DNA of 64,000 bases from an uncultured Verrucomicrobiae bacterium. GTDB lineage: Bacteria > Verrucomicrobiota > Verrucomicrobiia > Chthoniobacterales > Chthoniobacteraceae. The DNA lies in contig CAWHEP010000002.1 of NCBI GenBank assembly GCA_963828525.1, positions 320,001 through 384,000 of the forward strand. Direction: 5' to 3'. Below are positions 32,156 to 41,528 of the stretch, piece by piece. The position numbers and the translations under genes are program-made. The notes beneath the pieces are model-generated. The model was not told the DNA's origin. It did not search any database and was given only the letters and a program-made list of their open reading frames with translations. Within the stretch, counting starts at the first letter, position 1. Each line of letters begins with the position of its first letter.

Positions 32156-32877
32156 GGACGTGGCTCCGCGCGTCCGAAAGGGACGCGCGGCTCCTGCCGT
32201 TCATTGCGCTCTCGCTTGGGCTGTTTGCTGCCGCCGGAGCGCTTATCGCGGCGACTGTGCATCCCGCGCCCACGCCGAAGTTCGTCGAGGTAGACCTGGC
32301 TGAGATCCAGGGTGTAAAGGACGAACCGCCGCCTCTGGGTGAACCTAATGCCAGTCCCACCGCTTTGGCGGCGACCCCTGCTCCCACTCCCGCGCCGACA
32401 CCGGAGCCAACGCCTGAGATGACTCCCACCCCGCCGCCGCCCGAAGCGACTCCGGAGTTCGTCCAGCCGGCGCCAAGCCCTTCGCCGCCCGCGACGCCGA
32501 AACCCGCCTCAAAAAGGAATGCGCCGGTGAAGATGAGACGGACGGCGATGCTAGTTCCAAAGAGCGTTCCGGGGAGCGCGCAAAGCGCGCGGGGAAGTCC
32601 CATGGGCAAGGCAGGAGGGCGTGGCGGGAGCAAAGGGGACTTCATCTCCACGCCGCACCCGGAGTATGATTACACTTCGCTGGAGCGCCACTACGAGGGC
32701 AGCGGCACGGTTCTCATCATCTATTCCGACGGGAAGATTGTCTCTGTGCGGATGCGGGGAAGCACTGGCGTTTCATATCTCGACAGCCGCACGGTAAACT
32801 GGGTGAAAAGTTATTGGCGGGTGAAATCCGGGGCGTCTGGAGAAGCGATCCTACCCATAACGTGGCGGATTCAGTGA
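32152..32877 (+). CDS. tonB: TonB-like energy transducer
   Basis: TM anchor, Pro-rich linker, C-terminal 'PEY...EGSGTV...STG...LD' domain. Confidence 0.78.
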   Translation: MRTWLRASERDARLLPFIALSLGLFAAAGALIAATVHPAPTPKFVEVDLAEIQGVKDEPPPLGEPNASPTALAATPAPTPAPTPEPTPEMTPTPPPPEATPEFVQPAPSPSPPATPKPASKRNAPVKMRRTAMLVPKSVPGSAQSARGSPMGKAGGRGGSKGDFISTPHPEYDYTSLERHYEGSGTVLIIYSDGKIVSVRMRGSTGVSYLDSRTVNWVKSYWRVKSGASGEAILPITWRIQ

Positions 32878-32933
32878 AGGCCGAGCGGTAATGCGTTGAC
32901 ACACGGCGCGATGAATCCTTTCATCCAAATGGC

Positions 32934-33362
32934 ATGAGTAAAGATGGCGTCGCGCGATTCAGCGTTTCGATGAACAAAGCGCTGCTCAAGCAGCTTGACA
33001 GCATGGTGAAGAAGAAGGGCTACGGGAACCGTTCGCTCGCGATTGCCGATATGGCGCGCGATCACCTGGTGGAACACCGGCAACAGTTCGCCGACACTGA
33101 GGTGGCAGGGACGATCACCCTGGTTTATGACCACCACAGCCCGAATGTCCAGGAATCGCTGACGGAGATACAGCACACGCAGTTGAACTCCATCGTCTCC
33201 ACCATGCATGTGCATCTCGATCATCACAACTGCCTGGAGGTGCTCGTGGTGCGGGGCAAGGCCTCTGGGGTGCGCTTGATTGCCGATCATCTCATAGGGG
33301 CGAAGGGGGTCAAACACGGCAAACTGAGCCTGACCTCGACGGGCAAAGACTTGCCGGCCTGA
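32934..33362 (+). CDS. nikR: Nickel-responsive regulator NikR
   Basis: RFSVS RHH, GYGNRS.AI.D, YDHH, STMHVHLDHHNCLEV and KGVKHGKL motifs. Confidence 0.95.
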   Translation: MSKDGVARFSVSMNKALLKQLDSMVKKKGYGNRSLAIADMARDHLVEHRQQFADTEVAGTITLVYDHHSPNVQESLTEIQHTQLNSIVSTMHVHLDHHNCLEVLVVRGKASGVRLIADHLIGAKGVKHGKLSLTSTGKDLPA

Positions 33363-33450
33363 CGGATTGGCGCGGAGGCGGAGCGCCTTGCCGGGTCGTT
33401 GTTCAGAAAGGACGGACTCGTAAAGAGCCAGGAAATTTGTTTGACGTTGG

Positions 33451-33477
33451 ATGTTACGAATTACTATTTCGTAATAC
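33451..33477. promoter_or_regulatory. Putative NikR operator
   Basis: ATGTTAC-N13-GTAATAC directly before the ATG at 33478, downstream of TTGACG. Confidence 0.7.
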
Positions 33478-35571
33478 ATGACACGCGAGATCTTGCGAAA
33501 AGCCACTGGCGCATACCTCCTCCTTTCATGCGGCGCGGCGCTTTTTCCGTTGCGGAGCGACGGGCAGGCTCCCGCGGCTCCGACGAGCGCCAGCGAGCAG
33601 TTGCCATCGGTGGTTGTCACCGGTCAGGCGCCAGAACCGCAAAAAACGGAGCTGTCGGACAATCCCGCGACCAACCCCGCGTCCGTAACGGTGGTCACTT
33701 ACCCGGAGGAGGAAAAGCGCAATGTCCGCACGTACGGTGATCTCTTCCGGCCGTTGACTGGAATAAGCGTGGACAACTTCGGACAGGGCGGAGTCGGCTA
33801 CGGGATCGCGCTGCGCGGGTTCGCTGACGGCGATCACGGACGCGACATTGCCTATTTTATCGACGGGGTGCCGATAAACTCACCTTCCTCGCTTCATATC
33901 AACGGTTACTCCGACTTGAACCCATTGATCCCGGAACTCGTGGATCGGGTCGAACTGACCCGGGGGCCGTTCGACGTTCGCTTCGGCAGCTTTGCGCTTG
34001 GCGGTGCTTTGAATATCACGACCCTGGACCAGCCGAAGTCGGGAATCGAAGCCACGGGAGGAAGCTTCGATACCGGGCGCGGTTTAGGAGTGTACACGTT
34101 CAACTCCGGCAACGTGAGCGTCTTCGGTTCGCTGCTCGGCTCGACAACGCCAGGCTATCGAGGCAACCAGGATCTCCACCAGATCAATACGTTCGACAAA
34201 ATTTCGCTCCCAATGCTGGACGGTATCGGCTCGGTGCGGTTCCAGATTTATTCCAATGACTACGGCGCTCCTGGCTACATCGACAGAGACCTCGTGCGTT
34301 CGGGCGCGTTAAACCCGCGGTCGGTGGTAAACTCCACAGATGGGGGAAGCACCTCCCAGCAGAACATCGTATTCAACTATCGGCAAAGCAATGATGAACC
34401 ATTCACGGCGAACGTCTATCTATTGAACGATGACTTCAAACGTTTCTCCACATTCGATCTCGTGCCAACCGACGCGGATCAGCCCGGCAAGCTTTGCAGT
34501 TTGACCGCCGGATAGTAGCAGGGGCGGGACTTGAAAAGTATTTTCGGTGTGACCTTCCTCATGATATGAAGGCGGATCTGCTCGTAGGGATCGGCGACAC
34601 GTCGGACTTCGTCGAGTCGAGGCAGTTCGATACGATAGAGCGAATGCCGGTGATTACGGCGCAGGCGGTCAATTTCTCCCAGCATAATGCGTTTGGATAT
34701 ATACAGCTCGATTTCAAACCAGTGCCCTGGTTGAAACTCACGGGGGGCGTCCGTTACGACCACTTCTTTTTCGACATAGATGATCGCGCTAACAGAAGGA
34801 ATATTTCGCCAAACACCGGCAACGCGAGTCCCAAAGCGGGCATAACTGTTTCGCCTTTCAAGGGGCTGGATATCTACGCCAATTTCGGCGAGGGCTTTCG
34901 CCCGCCGAGCGCGGTGAATGGAGAGTTAAGCCTCAGCCCCAATCTCAGCCCGTCAACGATGACGAGCGAAGAAATCGGGGCGCAGTTCAATTCTGCTGAT
35001 GGAGTGTGGCACGCCGCCGCGGACGTTTACCACACGAGATTCGAGAACGAAATCCAGGAAAATCCCGAGCCGATGCCACCGACCACGCTGGGGCCCTCCC
35101 GCCGCGAAGGCTTCGATGTAGAAGGAAGATGGCGAGCATTCAAGCATGGCGAACGCAGCCTCTCCTTTTTCGCCAACTACAGCATGGTGGACGCGAGATT
35201 GCTTGACCGTCCTGGCGGCATCTATATACCAAATGTTGCGGACTGGACGGTCACATACGGCTTTGACCTTGCTCTGCCTTTGCTCGATGAATCCTCACCG
35301 CACGTCTTCACGCTGTCGGCTTATGACCAATGGGTCGGGCCCAAGGCACTCACGACGGACCGCGTCGAGGTTACGAGCACCTACACTCGCGTGGCGGCAA
35401 ACTTAAACTACACAAACAAGCGATGGAACGGATTAAGCGCGTTCGTACAGGATCATTGCGTTACCGGGGAGCACTTTGGAAGAGGCGGCGTTTGACTTTG
35501 GAGGCGGTAAAGTAGGTGTCTCTCCGCAAGCGCCATTCTCGGTGCAGGGCGGGATATTCATACCATTTTGA
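33478..35571 (+). CDS. TonB-dependent receptor (probable Ni/Co uptake; two frameshifts)
   Basis: Plug 'IALRGF.DGDHGRDIAYFIDGVPIN...H.NGYSDLNPLIPEL...RGPF'; barrel continues in 34494-35495; ends GGIFIPF. Confidence 0.85.
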
Positions 35572-35589
35572 AACAGCGCGCTCTTTTTT

Positions 35590-36348
35590 ATGAAAACCCA
35601 GCTAAGCCTTCTTTTCACGCTTGTCGCGTTCGCCTCCGCGGGTGCCCACGATCTAGTGCTGCTGTTGCGGTCCCCTGGCGAACTTGTGATCAAGTTCGGC
35701 CATCCCGGTGAATACGAACCGGCCGACTTGCACAAGTTGCTTGAACTTAACGCCTACCCGGTCGGGAGCGAAAAGCCGGTCTCGCTGCTGGCCGAGAAGC
35801 CGCAACACGACGACGCGAACTGGAAACTCACGGCTCTGGGAGGCAAGCCCGTTGGCATGGTGACGGGGCAATACGACAACGGCTACTGGGTCGGAATCTC
35901 GGAGGACACCTACTACAACACCAGCAAACTTTACCTTCCTGAAGGCAAACACTCTGGCGAGTTCTTCAAGTTCGGCAAAGGCCTTTCGCCCGCCGTGGGA
36001 AACGACTACAAGCGGCATGTGGGCCAAAGGCTGGAAATCGTGCCCCAGTCCGACCCCTTCTCGGCTAAACCGGGGGACAAACTAGCTGTGCAGATCTTAT
36101 GGAGGGGCAAACCGTTGCCGGGCGCCAAGGTGGAGATCGGAGACGGCAAAACAAAGATGAGGGAAGAGGACATTCCCCGCTACAAGTCGAACGCCGAGGA
36201 AATCGCCGAGTTGCCGATCTCGGAAGCCGGCTTGCATATCATCGCGATCGATTATGAAACGGAGTCACGCGCAAGGACCTTGCTGACCATGACGAATACA
36301 GCGCGTCGCTTTGCTTCGAATCCAAATAGAGGGGCGAGCGTTTGTTGA
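35590..36348 (+). CDS. DUF4198 domain periplasmic protein (Ni/Co uptake-associated)
   Basis: Signal peptide then AH(D); FGHP; 'GQRLEIVP..DP', 'GKPLPGAKV'. Confidence 0.8.
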   Translation: MKTQLSLLFTLVAFASAGAHDLVLLLRSPGELVIKFGHPGEYEPADLHKLLELNAYPVGSEKPVSLLAEKPQHDDANWKLTALGGKPVGMVTGQYDNGYWVGISEDTYYNTSKLYLPEGKHSGEFFKFGKGLSPAVGNDYKRHVGQRLEIVPQSDPFSAKPGDKLAVQILWRGKPLPGAKVEIGDGKTKMREEDIPRYKSNAEEIAELPISEAGLHIIAIDYETESRARTLLTMTNTARRFASNPNRGASVC

Positions 36349-36850
36349 ATTCTCCCTGTGAGAGCGCCGGGCTTTTAGCCGAACGGCGCGGTTGATGCCG
36401 GATGACCAGCGTTTAAAACGTATCTTTCAGGACGACGCGGGAGATTTCCCTGGCTGAACTGGCGGACAGTCGAGTCAACAGCGTTGACCAACGCTCAAGC
36501 AGATGAGTTCAGCAACCTCAGAGTCGATTACCCAGAAATCGATGAAGCTCTCTTCCAAAAAGGTCCTGGCCCCCTAAAGTTCAGCGACCCGCAGCGCCAG
36601 CGCATGGAGAAGCCCTGGCAGACCGCGCAGTGAGGCGAATGGTGGCCGGGCTGAATGAAGCTCGCCGGAGCGGTAAGTTTCCGAAGGTCTATCGACAGGT
36701 CTCTCGGCGCCAGAAGGAGCGCAATCCTCGCTTCCTTCAAAAAAGCTCCGAGAGGAACAGCCTGATCACCTTGGTTGATTATGCCTGGCGGTGCCTTCCG
36801 CCTTGCTCGAAGGATTTGACAATCCCTGGCGGCCCAGCGAGCGTCGGGCG

Positions 36851-37228
36851 ATGTTCAATCGTCTGGGTCACGCGATGCTTATTCTGGCGCTGTTGGGCGC
36901 TACAGGAACGCATTGGGTGATGCTTCAGTCCATCGCGTGGGCGGCCATGCTGACGGAGAACGCGAGGGAAGCAACGATCTCCGAGGCGTTTGAAAAAACG
37001 TTCGACGGTAAACACCCTTGCTCGCTCTGCAAGGAGATCGCCAAGGGCCAGCAATCCGAGAAGAAGTCCGACCAGCGCAGCGAAATCAAACGGCTGGATT
37101 TCGTCTATCAGCCTTCAGTCCTGCTTATCGAGCCGTCCAGTCATCTCCGGCTGTTTGACGAACTCCGTGTCATCGCTGGCGTCCGCGAAGAAGCGCCGCC
37201 GACGCGTCCGCCGCGCAGCCTGGCTTAA
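36851..37228 (+). CDS. DUF2946-like small protein (CxxC plus Pro-rich C-terminus)
   Basis: Hydrophobic N-terminus, FDGKHPCSLC, C-terminal APPTRPPR. Confidence 0.7.
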   Translation: MFNRLGHAMLILALLGATGTHWVMLQSIAWAAMLTENAREATISEAFEKTFDGKHPCSLCKEIAKGQQSEKKSDQRSEIKRLDFVYQPSVLLIEPSSHLRLFDELRVIAGVREEAPPTRPPRSLA

Positions 37229-37351
37229 CGCCGGCTATTTCCGTTTTCTCGCGCCTCTCGCGCGAGCTGTTCCCGTTTCTCAGAAACCGCCGCTCGTAGC
37301 GGCTGTGTCTCTCAATTCTAAATTCATTCAACAAAACACAACAATTTCTCC

Positions 37352-38287
37352 ATGACTTACAAAAATAAAATGACAATCGCGGCTCAAACCGTTGCTTTGG
37401 CGCTCGCGCTCAACCTTTTCCTTATCGGCAATACCGGGTTGGCGTGCGCCTGCGGATGCAGTGTTTTTGACGTGGGCACGAGCTCAATGCTGCCTAACGA
37501 GACCGGCGGAATGGCCTTCCTGGAGTATGACTATCAGGATCAAACTCACAACTTCAGTGGAACATCAAGAGCGCCTTCCGCAAATAATTCGGATAAGGAG
37601 ATCAGGACTCACTTCATCACTGCTGGCCTCCAATATATCTTCAATCGGAGTTGGGGACTCCAGGTTCAGGCGCCATACGACAACCGGTTCTTCAAGTCCG
37701 GAAGCGGCAGTGACACGGCTTCGACAAACTGGAGCGAGTTCGGCGATATTCGCATCAATGGAATCTACACGGGGTTTTCTCCGGATCTGTCAGCCGGTGT
37801 AACCTTTGGCCTTAAGCTGCCCACTGGAGATTACAAACACGATGGGGCTGACCGAGACACCCAATTGGGGACGGGAAGCACGGACATTCTCCTGGGCGGC
37901 TTCTATCGCCACGCGTTAGCCAGGCGATTCGTTTGGTTTGCGCAAGCGGATCTGGATCAACCGGTCTTCACACAAGATGGATACCGCCCGGGAACGGAGC
38001 TTGATGCTGCGGTTGGCACGTACTATGAAGGATGGCGTGTTGGGCGAGTCAACATCAGGCCGGTCGCCCAAGTGATCGTCTCCGCCCGGACCCGAGATAC
38101 CGGTCGTAATTCGGCAGACCCCGTCGCATCCGGTTATCAGCGACTCCTTCTTTCGCCGGGAATTGAGTTCGATATGCACCCGGTGAGTATCTACGCGGAT
38201 GTCGAGATCCCCGTCTACCAGGACGTTACCGGGAACCAGTTGGTGGCGTCTGCCCTTTTTAAAGTGATTGTCAGCTACCACTTTTAG
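37352..38287 (+). CDS. Outer-membrane beta-barrel transporter-like protein with N-terminal CACGC motif
   Basis: Signal peptide then CACGCS; FGDI, GLKLPTG, QLGTGSTD; terminal SYHF. Confidence 0.75.
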   Translation: MTYKNKMTIAAQTVALALALNLFLIGNTGLACACGCSVFDVGTSSMLPNETGGMAFLEYDYQDQTHNFSGTSRAPSANNSDKEIRTHFITAGLQYIFNRSWGLQVQAPYDNRFFKSGSGSDTASTNWSEFGDIRINGIYTGFSPDLSAGVTFGLKLPTGDYKHDGADRDTQLGTGSTDILLGGFYRHALARRFVWFAQADLDQPVFTQDGYRPGTELDAAVGTYYEGWRVGRVNIRPVAQVIVSARTRDTGRNSADPVASGYQRLLLSPGIEFDMHPVSIYADVEIPVYQDVTGNQLVASALFKVIVSYHF

Positions 38288-38432
38288 CTGGCTGCCACAT
38301 GTCGGGTTCTGATTGCGACGGCCCGTCCGCTTGACGCCACTTAGTGTTGCGGAAGTGATCTGCTCGGAGACGGGCCAACGGGCCAATGGTCGAGGCTCTG
38401 TTTTTAAGTGGGACCGTTGGCGCCGTGACGGT

Positions 38433-38741
38433 TTAATTTGGCAAGCGCGTCCGGACTTCACTGAATCGCATATATTCGATGTTCCCGCGCGATTCTAAAA
38501 ATCCCGTCTCTACAAGCCGCCTCAGGCGCTGGGCATAGAATGAGTACGAAATCTGCGGATGGCGATGGCTGAGCGCGTCCGCTGTTCTTCCCACTACGCG
38601 CGCGACTTTAAGCCACCGATCTGACGTTTCGGCCAAAATAGCCGCATCGATAATCTGCAGAGCCGCGTCGGTTAATCCAGCGACGACCGCCTGCTCCTCG
38701 GCTGTAAGGGGGCGGTTGAGTTGCGGAACTTCTTCGCTCAT
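38433..38741 (-). CDS. DUF3658-like protein
   Basis: 'IDAAILA....WLKVARVVG...RLRRLVE.G.LESRGN...MRFSEVR'. Confidence 0.7.
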   Translation of the reverse strand: MSEEVPQLNRPLTAEEQAVVAGLTDAALQIIDAAILAETSDRWLKVARVVGRTADALSHRHPQISYSFYAQRLRRLVETGFLESRGNIEYMRFSEVRTRLPN

Positions 38742-38857
38742 CCACCTCCTTCCACGAAATGCCCGCCGGCCTCTGATTTTATGGTTTGAAGGGTGTTAGA
38801 GGTTCCGACCCGGGTGGAGGCGGTGCTGGAACAGACTATACCAAGCGAGCAAATCGA

Positions 38858-39256
38858 TCAATACGGAGACCAGAAGGCGGCGGGAGCCACATCGGATAGC
38901 GCGTTAAACGTAGCGACCGCGACTTGCGGCGGCGAATCCACGGTGTAAGTGCCGTAGCTATTCCCGAACATGTCGTTATCCCCGGCAGTGTAAAGTGGGG
39001 TTCCCGTCTTTATGTAGTTCTTCAAATCAGCAAAGCTGGGATTAAACCCGCTCGGCCTGTTTGTTTCGATGGCATATTGGTCGAGGGCATTATCAAGTAT
39101 CCTCAGATCTTCGAGGCATCGGGTGGCTTGAGAACGCTTCCTGGCGCGCAGGAAATTTGGGACGGCAATCGCCGCCAGCAGGGCGATGATTGCCACGACG
39201 ATCATTATTTCGACAAGGGTGAAACCACTACGGGTCTTGTTTAGAGTATGGAGCAT
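38858..39256 (-). CDS. Type IV pilin-like protein, paralog of 18797-19204
   Basis: G|FTLVEIMIVVAIIALLAAIAVPNFLRARKRSQATR identical to pilin 1; shared LSDVAP..FWSPY end. Confidence 0.9.
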   Translation of the reverse strand: MLHTLNKTRSGFTLVEIMIVVAIIALLAAIAVPNFLRARKRSQATRCLEDLRILDNALDQYAIETNRPSGFNPSFADLKNYIKTGTPLYTAGDNDMFGNSYGTYTVDSPPQVAVATFNALSDVAPAAFWSPY

Positions 39257-39322
39257 ATTTCGTATTAGTTTTTCTTTGCGGGGCGGGAGGGTTTATAAGC
39301 TTCCGTAACACATCCCGTGAAT

Positions 39323-39338
39323 AGCATCACCTGTGCCG
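39323..39338 (-). promoter_or_regulatory. Sigma-54 promoter of pilin 2
   Basis: Minus strand CGGCACAGGTGATGCT, GG-N10-GC spacing, about 66 bp before the ATG. Confidence 0.65.
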
Positions 39339-39613
39339 TGTAGTGAACTGCACTACCTGGCAGGGCTGTATTTTCTGGGTCTCGGATCAGAAACGAGAAA
39401 AGTTTCTCAGAAATGCATTTCCCCTGTTCTTATAAATGAGAACGGAAGGATTTGGCTCTAAGAGACTGTTGAAGAACTGGGGCATGTCGCGTTGCTGCCG
39501 ATTTTTGAGTTGGGCAAGGCGCGAGGAGCGAGCATATCCGCAGTGATCTGTGAGTGACGAGCAACGCTGCACAACGGTAGTGTCCTAATTTGAAATCCGA
39601 GGCTCGGTACGGA

Positions 39614-40126
39614 TTATTTTGGCCCGTCTGGTTTTATGTCTGCCGTCAGAGCTTGGACCGTTTTCATGTGGTCGTCCAAATTATCGGAATGAACCCTTAA
39701 TTTCGACCATGCCAACCACATTAAAATCAGGGCGATTAAATCCACTGCCACACCGGACCCGAGAATGCATTTCCACCCATACCAGTCCTGCGGTTGGGTA
39801 AGACAAGACCAGTTGAGCAACGCCCAAACTGCCATGTAGATGGCAAAAACCAGAAACATCGCCGTTGGGAAAAGTTGAGCACGGACCCACAGGACTCTGA
39901 ATCGCATGATTCGATCGGCGTGCTTTTTTGCCGTCTCCATAGTGTTGGCTACCCCCCCGGCGTGGTATCCGTTTTTTGAGCGTTGATCCAAGTCCTTAAG
40001 ATGCAATTCCCGGCGGTTGCACCTGTCCTTTATGTCGCCCTCTGTGTAATTTCTGAGCGCCGAAAGCGACGCGAAAATGCCGCCAAAAAGCGACAACATC
40101 AGTCCAACCAAGGTAAACGCCATCAT
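39614..40126 (-). CDS. Hypothetical 3-TM membrane protein (IS cargo)
   Basis: 170 aa with three hydrophobic segments; starts 24 bp after the stop of the 209-aa gene. Confidence 0.7.
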   Translation of the reverse strand: MMAFTLVGLMLSLFGGIFASLSALRNYTEGDIKDRCNRRELHLKDLDQRSKNGYHAGGVANTMETAKKHADRIMRFRVLWVRAQLFPTAMFLVFAIYMAVWALLNWSCLTQPQDWYGWKCILGSGVAVDLIALILMWLAWSKLRVHSDNLDDHMKTVQALTADIKPDGPK

Positions 40127-40150
40127 AGGGGTAAACCCCTATTTATGCCG

Positions 40151-40780
40151 CTATTTCTTGGGGCGCAAGATATTCCAGATCAAATCAAAGCTCTCTTCTT
40201 GCATCTTCGCCCGGAGAGGAGAATCAACATATACCTGCGCCTTCACCGCGTTGGCTGGAGTTTCGGGAGTCAGCGGAGGGTGAACCTCCTCGATTCTGAA
40301 CATTTGAGAATCACTGACGATGTAGTGCCTCTGATCGGCGTCTGAAACGCCTGTAGCAATATCCAAAGCGTCTGGAAATTGAGCTTTGAAATTCATGAGC
40401 TTCGTGCACTCTGCTTTTCCTTGGTCAGAACGTCTGATCAAAATGACTTTGGCTTTACCGCCAACCTCGGAGAGGCGCTTCAGCATTTTTTCGAAGTTGG
40501 AAGCCAGCGTTCCAATGAATCCATCTCCGCTACGTCCGCTCAGCATCCGAAAACTTTTCTCGGTGTGCTCAAGCATGATATCGGTCAAAAACAGGGCGTC
40601 GGCATAGGAATCATTCGGGATGGATTTCTGGTATCCGCTCTTTACGAGGGACTTAATTACGTCCCTGAATCCCTTATGAATAGAGCCTTCTCCGTTTAGC
40701 AAATACAAATCTTGGGCGGCCTTAATCGTGGGCACCTCAAGCTGGCACTGAGTATTTGGGTCTGTTTCGTTGTCGGGCAT
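40151..40780 (-). CDS. Hypothetical protein, possibly PLD-like fold (IS cargo)
   Basis: 209 aa; 'FRMLSG...KVILI...HYIVSD..MFRIE...AQVYVDSP...FDLIW' pattern; no canonical HxKxxxxD. Confidence 0.65.
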   Translation of the reverse strand: MPDNETDPNTQCQLEVPTIKAAQDLYLLNGEGSIHKGFRDVIKSLVKSGYQKSIPNDSYADALFLTDIMLEHTEKSFRMLSGRSGDGFIGTLASNFEKMLKRLSEVGGKAKVILIRRSDQGKAECTKLMNFKAQFPDALDIATGVSDADQRHYIVSDSQMFRIEEVHPPLTPETPANAVKAQVYVDSPLRAKMQEESFDLIWNILRPKK

Positions 40781-40824
40781 GGTGGGTCAATGCTATGGTA
40801 TTTACAATAAAAGCAAAATTTAGA

Positions 40825-40947
40825 CTAGGCGAGCACGAATATTCGGCGTTCACCTCGAAAATCGTCGGCGGCGATGAGATCGCGCTGCTCCAAGAATCGA
40901 ACAACGTCTTTTTTGGAAGGAAAACGGTGTATGTGAAGCCGATTCAT
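40825..40947 (-). CDS. Putative 40-aa small protein (IS cargo)
   Basis: MNRLHIHRFPSKKDVVRFLEQRDLIAADDFRGERRIFVLA; SD-like GGGGGTGA just upstream; below the ORF-track cutoff. Confidence 0.4.
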   Translation of the reverse strand: MNRLHIHRFPSKKDVVRFLEQRDLIAADDFRGERRIFVLA

Positions 40948-41056
40948 AAATTCACCCCCTAACGAGGTGCGAATCCTGCACGGCAATCGACCCCACGCAA
41001 GCACAAAAGAAAGTTTTTTTATTGACTCGCTCTTGGGGGGAACTCACGAGCCGAGG

Positions 41057-41346
41057 TTACGCCCGCTTGGAATGGGCCGCAATAGCAATCTTTACCGCTG
41101 TCTCCGCTGAATCCACGGGAGGAATTTCCAGAACCGTCACGTATTGAGTCTCGCCCGCTTCCTCGTAGCTCCATGCGTAGCAGCGTTTCGCCTTTGGATG
41201 CCCCTGGATGTCGAAAGCCTCGACAACACCATCCCACACCACTTCCCCGTTGAAAAGCTCGAGACGGGCTCTGAGGCCGCGTGGCGAGCCGTGCAATGGT
41301 GCATCGTCTCAACCGCCAGCCGAAGATTTTCGATTCGCGGGCTCAC
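41057..41346 (-). CDS. Conserved hypothetical IS-passenger protein (frameshift near 41265)
   Basis: MSPRIENLRLAVETMHHCTARH joined to FNGEVVWDGVVEAFDIQGHPKAKRCYAWS...; start overlaps the transposase-remnant stop. Confidence 0.65.
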
Positions 41347-41528
41347 CCATCAATTATCTCCACAAGATCGGCCACGGTCGAAGCGGAATCGGTAACGCCA
41401 GCTTCCATTGCCGGGGTGCACCGAATGGCGCCGTTCACCTTTACGAGATTGTAGTAGCCGTAATGGAGGGCGACAGCCGCCTTGAAATTCTGTAATTTCT
41501 TGGAGAAGGCATTCGTCAGGCGAGTCAA
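41343..41528 (-). pseudogene. IS1-family transposase C-terminal remnant
   Basis: TRLTNAFSKKLQNFKAAVALHYGYYN...TPAMEAGVTD; begins only ~25 bp from the TIR, so most of the gene is deleted. Confidence 0.85.

Noticed and set aside
36350..36850. Possible gene remnant between the DUF4198 and DUF2946-like genes
   Set aside because: Broken frames with no family I can identify.
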